DNA of 64,000 bases from positions 86,986,001-87,050,000 of the forward strand of contig OX597820.1 in assembly GCA_951406725.2 (NCBI GenBank), written 5' to 3'. Below are positions 53,545 to 64,000 of the stretch, piece after piece (position 1 is the first letter of the stretch; every line of letters starts with the position of its first letter). This DNA is from Octopus vulgaris. Taxonomy: Eukaryota. The position numbers and the translations under genes are program-made. A model generated the notes under the pieces. The model was not told where the DNA came from. It worked only from the letters and a program-made list of their open reading frames with translations, and did not search any database.

Positions 53545-54290
53545 GTCTCATCTACCGATGAGACACGATCTTTTAACCAAGATACTGTATAATGTGATCT
53601 GTCGGATGGACAATCCTGTGAGAAAAGAGATAAGAACCCACAGTATGATAGAGGCCATAGCCACTTATAATATGAAAGAGCATTGGTAGAATGTCCCAGT
53701 GAAAACTTCAATAAAATGTAGACTATCAGATCGAACACTGTGATTTGGTACAGAGAAGAGAAACTGTGTACCGTAGTGAAAATCAAAAGCTTGGCAGGCA
53801 TCAACATAAGCTAAAGATTAGTGAAAAAGGAAATACTTAGGCTGAACTATTGAGAAACTCACGGTTTCTCTACCCGGATTACAAATTCAGGTTTATAGCT
53901 GTAATTATTGGGGCACTGGAGTATGTAATGCACAGCCTAAGTACCAATCGTGACAAATTAGGCTTCTCAAACAAGAAGGGAGAAAGCTAATTCGATGTCT
54001 ACAAATTCAAGCCATCACTGGAACTATAGAAATTTGTAAAACTTTCCAGAAGTTTAGCACTTGAGTATATATGCGCATATCTAGGCATGCAACTATATGA
54101 GAATACATACATAAAATGAAACATACAAATGTATACATCCACGGGTTCCAAATACTGCATATATATATACACACATGCATGCAAAAATACCCTACTGATG
54201 TTGATGAAATTCCAATGTATAAGCCTTAGATCAAGGTTAGAAACCTCTATTTATATTGGCAAGAAATCTTGGAATAAAACTGAATAATTA
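53545..54290 (+). mobile_element. Decayed RLE non-LTR retrotransposon related to 30895-31968, in (CATA)n
   Basis: RHDL, LYPDYKFRFIAVIIGALEYV and LIRCLQIQAITGT match the C-terminus of the 31-kb element. Flanked by CATA repeats on both sides. Confidence 0.75.
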
Positions 54291-55580
54291 CATACATACA
54301 TACATACGTACATACATACATTCATACATGAATACATACATACATACATACAGACATACATACATACACACACACATACATACATACATACATACATACA
54401 TACATACATACATACATACATACATACATACATACATACATACAAAGAGATGGTGTTACATTTGAGTTCCATAGTCTTTGCGGGATTCCTGAAGTCTCCT
54501 ATTCCATCAGATTTACCCCTGGCAAATCAGCATGGTTTTCTTTTATCTTTATATAAATTATATCCTACTAGGAATTGAACGCAGGCAAGACAGTTAGCTG
54601 ACGAAACAATTGTATAATTGAGAGTTGCTTCTCATCTATGTACACTATTGTGTTATACATAACCATTGTCTTTTCTTTAAGACACACTAAATAATGTAGT
54701 TTTAGATACACAATTTCCTATGAACAATGGGTTGATCATGGCTGGAAAGACTTCTGTAATCTGTCTACACAGTCAGAACTAACCTCGAGCTAAACGACTC
54801 CAACAACATAACTATTGTACCTATTCGTTATTAAGTTGAATTGATCATATAAGATTTAAGTAACTTCGACAATAAAAACATCGCAACGTTAGCGGCCAAA
54901 TTCAGCCATATTTTGACTGGAAGTAGACCAACATATAAATCACATAAATATACAGACATCATATTTAATCTACAAAGCTCCAGCAGTTTCAAATTGTTTC
55001 CATGATATCCTTATCCTCAGTATTCGCTCGTATAACTTGACTGTCAATGGAGAGGCGACGCATTTATTTACCAAACGGAAATGAAAGGATAGTTTGTTTA
55101 GATCATATCAAATAAGGAACGTTGAGAGATTTGTTTATCAATATCTAGATGAATTGAAATAGCTTTAGCTTTAATCTGTAATATTTTTGCAAGTACATCC
55201 TCCATATAATAAAACCTATATTCGCTGAACTATTAATCCCGAGGAAAATTATTCATTTCGATATCAACTATCACTGGATACTACAAGCAGAATTGGGCCA
55301 CAAACAATATAAACAATCAAACGGTGTAAGAATTTTTACTGATTAGCATTAAAAAAAAACACAAAAAAAACAAAAAGAAAAGCCAATACAATAGCTTCAG
55401 TGAGTATATAACATCATAGAGGATTTAAAATGCGGGGGAAGTGCAGATATGTTTATGAAAATTAGCTTAATTTTTGCCTTTATTACTGCAATTATAATTT
55501 AATTTTCTAGTCATTAACTGTAGAATCACTATTTTCTCTCATTCAGTCATTCAGTCGACGGAAAAGAATAGAAACATACA

Positions 55581-55626
<46 letters not shown>

Positions 55627-55770
55627 CATTTCTACACACACACACGCACGAATGCGTAGGACTTGATTTTGGATACATAGTTTTGCATAAAAATAAATTC
55701 AATTCTATTTTAGTTTCCGATTAGAAGTCATTTCAAAACTAATGAGATAGCTGCTAAGTAGTGAATACAT

Positions 55771-55873
<103 letters not shown>

Positions 55874-56553
55874 CACACACATTCATTTATTTATAACACG
55901 TGACCCGCGCTCACGCTCTCAATCAGCTATCGATTGCTTCACAAATATTTCGGCAACTTCCGACATTATCTTTTCCACTGAACAATGTAGTATTTATTCT
56001 AGTAGGAAATATGCGGGATATTTGGAATCACATTGTAGCACGCCTTTTCCTTCCTTATCTGTTCACCCACTACATTAAGTGTGCACTGTTATAACCACTC
56101 CACTCGAGCAGTAACTGTCTTGCTTTACTGTTCGTTGGTGATATCTACAGGAAATACCTTATGTTAGCATCTTCGTATCTCACACAGTTTCTTAATTTCT
56201 TCATATTTGAGGCAGTTCTTGTTCTATATAAACGCAATGTATAGGCACAGGTGTGATTGTGTGGTAAGAAGTTTGCTTCTCAGTTACCTGGTCCCGGGTT
56301 CAGTCCCAGTGCGTGGCACCTTAGGCAAGTGCCTTCTACTACAGCCTTGGGTTGACCAAAGCCCTGTGAGTGGATTTGGTAGACGGAAACTGCAAGAGGC
56401 CCGTCGTATATTTATATATGTATATATCTATGCGTGTGTGTCATTGTATATGTGTTTGTTCACCAATACCAGTTTACAACAGCCGTTGGTGTGTTTGTGT
56501 CGCCGTAACTTAGAGGTCCGGCAAAAGAATAAGTACCATGCTTTACGAAAATA

Positions 56554-56961
56554 TATTCTTTCTTTATTACCTACAGGGGCTAAACATAGAGTGGACAAAC
56601 AAAGGGATTAAGTCGATTACATCGACTCAAGTGCGTAACTGGTACTTATTTAATCGACCTCGAAAGGATGAAAGGCAAAGTCGACCCCGGCGGAATTTGA
56701 ACTCAGAACGTAACCGGCAAACGAAATACCTATTTCTTTATTACCCACAAGGGGCTAAACACAGAGAGGTCAAACAAGACAGACAAACGGATTAAGTTTT
56801 TTATATCGACCCCAGTGCGTAACTGGTACTTAATTTAGCGACCCCGAAAGGATGAAAGGCAAAGTCGACCTCGGCGGAATTTGAACTCAGAACGTAGCGG
56901 CAGAAGAAATACTGCTGAGCATTTCGTCCGGCGTGCTAACATTTCTGCCAGTTCACCACCC
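56554..56961 (-). mobile_element. Tandem-dimer family B SINE nested in a family C SINE
   Basis: TSD TTACGAAAATA at 56543-56553 and 56962-56972. Two body units. Confidence 0.85.
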
Positions 56962-57074
56962 TTACGAAAATAGAATAAGTAATGGTGTCGATTCATTCGA
57001 CAAAAATTCTTCAAGGCGGTGCCCCAGCATGACCGCAGTCAAGTGACTGAAATTAATAAAAGATAAAAGATAAA

Positions 57075-58030
57075 ACTTCCCAGTTTGCTGTTAACTCGAC
57101 TTTTTAAGAACTTTTTCTTAAAATTAGGATGCTGGATCGTTATTGCAACATGGCTTGAGAATTTGAGCGTTGTTCTAAATGGAAGGCATAAATTCTACCA
57201 CCTAACAAAGTGGAAGCGGCCCAAAGCAATATGTAGTCGGGAGGGTTTATTAGAAGAGAAAGCAAAAGAAAAAGAGAGGTTGGAATATCCCAGTAGATGC
57301 AGTGGCTATTTTAGGCTACAAAGCTGGAGCCTGTGGCTGTTGTTGCGTCTGCTTCAGGCACATTACGGGTCTTATGTCTAAAAATACCCAAAGCTGAAGC
57401 AAATGAGATCGTCTTGTCTTGAGAGTTTCTAGTTGAAGGGTGCCAAAGGTCATATAGCGGCATCAAGAAATCTAGGTCTCTCCCCTTTAAGCATAAAACC
57501 GACCAAAGGCTTTAGGCAGCATCAACAGCAACGATTTTACTATTTTGTTACAGTAGGGCAGAGATATTTAAAAAGTTGGAAATCGTCGTAGAGAGTATAT
57601 AAAAAGAAACAAAAGGGGCAAATAAAAGAACGAATCCAGACTAAAAGCAGGAAAGAGTCTGGAAGTCCTTCAAGTAGAGGTTCTCTGAAAAAACCCACCG
57701 ATAACCTAAATGTCTGTTGAACGACCTGAAAGAAACAAAGATTAAGGAGATAGGACTGAATCTATAGACACTTAATTAATAGACTATTGTTAGACAGCCT
57801 GGATCTAACTTTCCAGGTGCCTAGCTACAGGCCCATCAACTATTTTGGTTAATTTTGGCTCTTGTCGCCGACTCGTAACCTCCTTAGAGCGATGTCAGTC
57901 ACCACACCAATTGCATATCAATAGCTAAACAGAGAAAATGACGCACAAGCCATCCCGCCTTAATCAACACCAACAATACTCACCGTATTAAGTTGCAATA
58001 CCGAGATTAAGACAGGGTGCTCAGGGTTGC
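57075..58030 (-). pseudogene. Decayed L1/Tx1 ORF2 (RT C-terminal region)
   Basis: YESATRAKIN...LGTWK resembles the Tx1/L1 motif YExASGAKINxxKS..LG.W. Many stops. Confidence 0.5.
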
Positions 58031-58149
58031 TCGGACGTACAGGCTGAGCAACACATACATGCATACATACCTACCTACCTACATACATGCATGCATACAT
58101 ACATACATACATGCATACATACATACATACATACATACATACATACATA

Positions 58150-58665
58150 CAAATTCCGCCGAGGTCGACTTTGCCTTTCATCCTTTCGGGGTCAATAAAT
58201 TAAGTACCAGTTACGCACTGGGGTCGATATAATCGACTTAATCTGCTTGTCTTTCCTTGTTTATCCTTTCTGTGTTTAGCCCCTTGTGGGTAGTATAGAA
58301 ATAGGTATTTCGTCTGCCGCTACGTTCTGAGTTCAAAATTTGCCGAGATTGACTTTGCCTTTCATCCTTTCGGGGTCGATAAATTAAGTATCAGTTACGC
58401 ACTGGGGGTCAAGGTAATCGACTTAATACCTTTATATGTCCTTGTTTGTCCCTTCTATGTTTAGCCCCTTGAGGGCAATAAAGAAATAAGAATCGTTAGC
58501 AGGCTGGACACAATGCTTTTCGGCATTTCCGTTGGCTTTACGTTCGGAGTTCAAATGCCACCACGGTCGACTTTGCTTTTCAACCTTTTGGGCTCAATAA
58601 AATAAGTGCCAGTCGAGCACTGGAGTCGATGTAATCGAATAGACCTTCACCCAAAAGTTTAGGCT
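58150..58665 (+). mobile_element. Tandem array of family B SINE units
   Basis: Three successive ACTTTGC.TTTCA.CCTTT.GGG.TC.ATAAA cores. Ends about 50 bp from the elevenin exon 1 donor. Confidence 0.85.
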
Positions 58666-58715
58666 GTATTGTTGTTGCTGTTATGTTAATGTAAATTTAA
58701 GAATATAATACATAC

Positions 58716-58837
58716 CGACAGTCTATTTTCCTCTTCATTCCTGGACTACTCTGTTCACTGATATGAACTGTGATGAGAAGGATTGCAATCGTCCATACCA
58801 AACACTTCTGGTATGTTTTGTTGCACAGTTGTAACAT
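58716..58837 (-). CDS. elevenin: Elevenin (L11) neuropeptide precursor, coding exon 1 (signal peptide, KR site, start of mature peptide)
   Basis: Translates MLQLCNKTYQKCLVWTIAILLITVHISEQSSPGMKRKIDC plus 2 nt (CG), then donor GTATGT. Hydrophobic core LVWTIAILLITVHI. Candidate acceptors just upstream (tttactatag, tttcattgcag) imply a non-coding 5' exon further upstream. Confidence 0.9.
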
Positions 58838-59814
58838 TGTTCTGGATCTATAGTAAACTTGCTTCTGCAATGAAACAATAATATGCAATATTAGATTCAA
58901 GTTTAATTATATTATTTAGTCGAGTCGAGGATAACATGTGATAATAACGCAAGTTTATTAAAATTACACCTGTACAAGATTAATAAATTAATTCTTGTGA
59001 AGGAAGCATACTATGATATTTGGATAAAAAGTTTAAGAATATATCTGTGGAACATGTAGAAGTCTTCTTTGGATGCAAGGACAACTCTCGACTGTTTTAT
59101 TTAACCTTTTCAGTGACGTATTGCCTTACCGGTACTGCAACACCTGAAATTTGAATAAACATTAATAGGCGATGGAGGAGGGGGAATTTTTCAGGTACAG
59201 ATTTATAACTGTGGTCATCTTGTTTTTCTTTCTGAAAACAAGACTTATCCTACAACTTGGACAAAATTCATGTACGCATCCAAGGTCAACAGCGATACTT
59301 AAGGTTAATGAGAATGTCTAAAGTTAATAAAAGTGTTCAAAGGACGTTCCGTGTTTTAAATTATAGGTAATATATCGATGGCCTTGAATAAAAGATTGTA
59401 CTAGTTACAGATGTACTAGTTGTACTAGTTACAGATGTAATGACAGACTCATTCGTTAACTGATTTATTCAGCAACTATTTATTTATTTATTTAAAATAC
59501 TTTTTAGATTGCTTCTGTACAACATTATAGTCACTTGGTAGCCCTATGTTGCTACTTAGTATTCTTATTACCATGGAGAAATATGCCAAATGGTGGTCTA
59601 CCTGTATCATAAAGTTCCATAATATTTTTCACATTGTTATTTTTTAAGATTGGTGGAGGTTACTATAAGTACCACGGATCTTTTTCTTGAATCATGTGAA
59701 ATATTGTGGCTAAGTATATATAGAATAACTTTATAATGTTATTGTGTCTCCAAAGTAGACACGTGGTGAAGTTGGTGAAAGACATCGTAGAATACAATAT
59801 ACTTTATTGTTTAT

Positions 59815-60597
59815 TATTTCTTTATTGCCCACAAGGGGCTAAACACAGAGAGGACAAACGAGTACAGACAAACGGATTAAGTCGATTATATCAACCCCAG
59901 TGCGTAACTGGTACTTATTTAATCGACCCCGAAAGGATGAAAGGCAAAGTCGACCTCGGCTGAATCTGAACTCAGAACGTAGCGGCAGACGAAATACTGC
60001 TGAGCATTTCGCCCGGCGTGCTAACGTTTCTGCCAGCTCGCCGCCTTGATTGTTTCTGGAATAATCCAACACAAGATTTATGAATATTTTTTCGATAAAT
60101 CTCGTGGTGATGGCCTGTCTTCTGCCGGGAATGATTTTGCTTCTGTAGTCCTCTTCAGAATCTGGCAAAAACGTTACCTATTTTTTTATTACCCACAAGG
60201 GGATAAACACAGAGGGGACAAACAAGGACAGCCACACGGATTAAGTCGATTATATCGACCCCCAGTGCGTAACTGGTACTTATTTAATCGACCCCGAAAG
60301 GATGAAAGGCAAAGTCGACCTCGGCGGAATTTGAACTCAGAACGTAGCGGCAGACCAAATACCTATTTCTTTATTACCCACAAGGGGCTAAACACAGAGC
60401 GGACAAACAAGGACAGACATAGGTATTAAGTCGATTACATCGACCCCAGTGCGTAACTGGTACTTATTTAATCAACCCCGAAAGGATGAAAGGCAAAGGC
60501 GACCTCGGCGGAATTTAAACTCAGAACGTAGCGGCAGACGAAATACCGCTAGGCATTTCGCCCGGCGTGCTAACGATTCTCCCAGCTCGCCGCCTTA
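59815..60597 (-). mobile_element. Family B SINE monomer (59815-60047) and tandem dimer (60178-60597)
   Basis: The dimer is flanked by TSD AAAAACGTTAC at 60167-60177 and 60598-60608. Confidence 0.88.
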
Positions 60598-60995
60598 AAA
60601 AACGTTACTGTGCCAGAAAAAAATGCCCGGCAGCATTTCTTTCTGCTCTAATTATCAGTTGAGCACTGGGCGGGGGGGGGGGGGTTTTGATGTAATCGAG
60701 TTCCTCTTCCCCTTAAAATTGCTGACCTTGTGCGAAAATAAGCATCAGATTTGCTGTTCATCTTTCATCGGTCGATAATATAAGCACCAGTAATATACAA
60801 GAATCGACACTATCAACTAAAACCCCTAAATAACAGCCTCAATAATTAAATAAATTCGTCCGTTTGTGATTATCAGTTTATCTATATCTACAATTTATGT
60901 CGATTTTATCTTATTGAGACAAAAGAGAAATACAGACAGACAGATAGATAGACAGATAGATAGACAGATAGATAGAGAGATAGATAGATAGACAG

Positions 60996-61066
<71 letters not shown>

Positions 61067-61229
61067 AACATGAGGGAGAGAGGGATAAATAGGAAAAAAT
61101 GAGTAGATATGAAGTGGTCATGTGGGCTTCGTATGGATCTATCCTGCGCATTAATCTTTTGTTCAGATTCGCTGTGATCGTAGACGTAATTGCATTTTGA
61201 AACAGTTATTTTAGTTTTCCTCAAACTGG

Positions 61230-63680
61230 GTAGATATAGAAAGTAACGCAGTGTTACTTCATATGAGTTAACCTGACAAAGTTAGTTAAGATATGAGATA
61301 TTCTGGTAATGTTAATTAAGACAGGAACAATGTATTAAGATAGAAATAGTGTTATGTAATATATAAGGTAACAGCGGAGTGTGACGTAAATCTCTATATA
61401 TAAAGCTGAAGTTGTCTGTGTATGGCAGGTTTGGTAGCTTTCAACTAACACTATCTCCTCCGAGACCCTGCGGCGCAAGTTGACCAAAATTGAGAGTATG
61501 ATAGAAGAAGGGTTGCTCTTCCTTCCGTTGAAGAAAAAATTCAAATCGGACCATGTTAACACCAAAGATTATTTACATCAAAAAGGTGCCTTTTTCCTAT
61601 GAAAATCCCCATTTTTTACGATTTTTTGACTGCTGTGTCGCCATTTTTCGGTGTATTTCAACCAGATAAATGTTCACTTAAAGAGAATAACAAGTTACAT
61701 AGTGCAAAAGTTTTTACTTTTCAAAAATTCCAATTCTAAAGGGTCGAAAAGAAAACAAACCCGAGCAACGCCGGGCGATACTGCTAGTTAGATATAATCT
61801 GGTAATGTTACCTAAGATTTAGACAATATGTCAGCGTTATCTGTGATAGATATAATCTGGTAGTGTTACCTAAGATATAGATAATCCGGGATTATTACCA
61901 AAAATAAAGTTAGACACAGAGTATACCTGATTATTGCCATCACCAATGATGGTAATAATCCGATAGTGTTAACTCTGACAAAGATCATCTGAAACTGTTA
62001 CCTGAGGTAGAGTTAGTTTGTGAGAGTTACTTAAGACGGAGGGAGATAATGAGCCAGTTTTAATCGGAGAATATTACTTTAAAATGCGACTAATCCAATA
62101 GTGTTAATCAATATAGAGGTAATCTGACTCTTAACTAAGAGTATTACTTATGATGCAATTAATCTAGGACTAGTTATAGATAATCTGGTAGTGTTATCTA
62201 AGATGGAGGTAATCTATCTGTGTTACCTACAATATAGAGTTAATCTGAGCTGGCTAAATTAGTAATAAGACAGATAATACGAGGTTATTATGCATTATAG
62301 GTTCAATATGACAGTGTAACTTCAGAAAAAAAAATTGTGTATGTTACTTTAGAGATGATAGAAGACTGTTTCTATGATAGAGATAATCTAGGATTATTAC
62401 TTAATATATAGATAATCTTGTAGCGTAACTAGAGAAAGAAATATGGGAATTTTGTCAGAGTTATAGATAATCTCGGGGTGTTATGATAGCTATTGTCTGG
62501 AAGTGTTATCTAAAATTGCTACCTATGATGGTGATGATAAAAGAGTGCTATTTATAAAAATGTTCTGGTACTGTAACCCAAGACTGACACAATTATCTAA
62601 GAGAATTATCTGAGAAAGAGATAATCTAGTGTCTCTGAGATAATTCAGGAATAATCTATGGGTGTGTTACTTAAGACAATAATCAAGTGTTACTTAGCAT
62701 AGATATATTACGAAAGTGTTAAGAGAATGATAATTTCAAAATGTCGACGAAAGCTAGGGATAATCATAGAGTGTCAAGAATTATAGCGGTAATCTAAACG
62801 TTTTAGTTTTGAAGGAGATAATCTGACAATGTTGCCTGAGGTAATGGTACTCTAAGACAGTTACTTAAGATATGTGTAAATTTTATCTAAGACAGAGATG
62901 AGATGGTACTCCTACGTTAGAGACATTTTTTTAAATTGTTAATTAAGATAATGATAAACCAGTAATAAAAGCGATGATAATCTGTGGCTGTTATCTGAGA
63001 CTGAGTGATTTAACAATGTTACTTAATATGGAAAATTTACCTCAAACAGAGAATATTTGACATAGTTTTGCAGTATTACAAAAGGCAGAGTACCTTGCTT
63101 ATTAATTGAGAGCGTGTTACCTGAGATAAAGATAATCATCGTGTGTTTCCTCTTTTGGAAATAATCTTAGAAAACCACCAAAAATTGAAATAATCTGTGA
63201 ATGTTATCTGAGAAAGAGAGAGTAAGAGAGAGAGGAAGAGAGGAGAGGGAGGGAGGGAGTGAGGAAGGGAGGTGGAGAGGGAGTACTTGGAGCCTTAATT
63301 CTGATAACGATAATATGCGAGTGATAAATATTTGATGATTTTGTAGACTTACTTACATATTCTGAGAGTGTTACCTAACATAAAACATAATTTGATAATA
63401 TTATAAGATAATAATAATTGGAGATGTTACTTAAAGTAAAGATAATCTGGAATTGCTAGAGAGTTAATTTGTTAGAGTTTCCTAAGATATAATTTGTTAG
63501 AGTTTCCTAAGATAATAGATTATCAGGTAGTTAATCAGAGCACATTAAGGATAATCTGAAAGTTTTACGATAATTCATAGATAATCTTACCTAAGATATC
63601 GAATGTAATTTAAAACTGCTATCCAAGACAGAGTTAATGTTGTCAGTTTTACCTGAGATGGAGAAAATGTAGGAGTTTTA
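61230..63680. repeat. Degenerate 29-bp minisatellite
   Basis: Unit approximately AGATAATCTGGTAGTGTTACCTAAGATAT. ATAATC anchors at 61794, 61852 and 61881 give a 29-bp period. Interrupted by the Helitron and by a GA-rich tract. Confidence 0.75.
61391..61787 (+). mobile_element. Non-autonomous Helitron
   Basis: A|TCTCTATATATAAAG...CCCGAGCAACGCCGGG-CGATACTG-CTAG|T. Termini shared with 38611-38989. Confidence 0.85.
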
Positions 63681-63796
63681 AGATGACCAGAGCTTACTAA
63701 GTGTATACCGGTTGACGGAAACTGAAAGAAGTCCAGTGTTTGTAAAATACATGAAGCCTAATTCCTCAAATAGCCTTAAAAGATATATATATATAT

Positions 63797-63839
<43 letters not shown>

Positions 63840-63846
63840 CACACAC

Positions 63847-63915
<69 letters not shown>

Positions 63916-64000
63916 TCGCCATGATAGATCACTAGCCACTACACATTCTTTATTTTCTCTCCTTGTTTCTTTCTGTGTTCCTTTCTGTGGAAGAGCGTAG

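Noticed and set aside
61230-63680. CRISPR-like periodic repeats
   Set aside because: Units are contiguous and degenerate with no unique spacers, there are no cas genes, and the context is eukaryotic.

Overview
Eukaryotic, AT-rich, microsatellite- and retroposon-dense DNA. The repeat landscape (three tRNA-derived SINE families, Penelope-like elements, RLE-type LINEs, mariner/Tc1, Helitron and hAT MITEs) looks like an octopus/cephalopod genome, which is an inference. Almost all ORFs in the supplied track are microsatellite or transposon artefacts. The one host gene I can reconstruct is a minus-strand neuropeptide precursor of the elevenin (L11) family, split over about 45 kb into four small coding exons with matching phases: 58837-58716, 36415-36335, 15484-15376 and probably 14272-14165. 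It has a signal peptide and the KR-flanked mature peptide KIDCRKYIYAPRCRGVGA. The most unusual mobile-DNA signals are: (1) several minimal hammerhead-ribozyme motifs, one in a small highly structured repeat and abutted by an ORF1-only LINE with a 16-bp TSD, another downstream of a tRNA-like Pol III promoter in a Penelope terminal repeat; (2) RLE LINEs sitting in (CATA)n or (TAA)n microsatellites; (3) a SINE that transposes as a fixed-junction tandem dimer. All translations and folds were done by eye, and repeat boundaries are approximate unless TSDs or TIRs are quoted.
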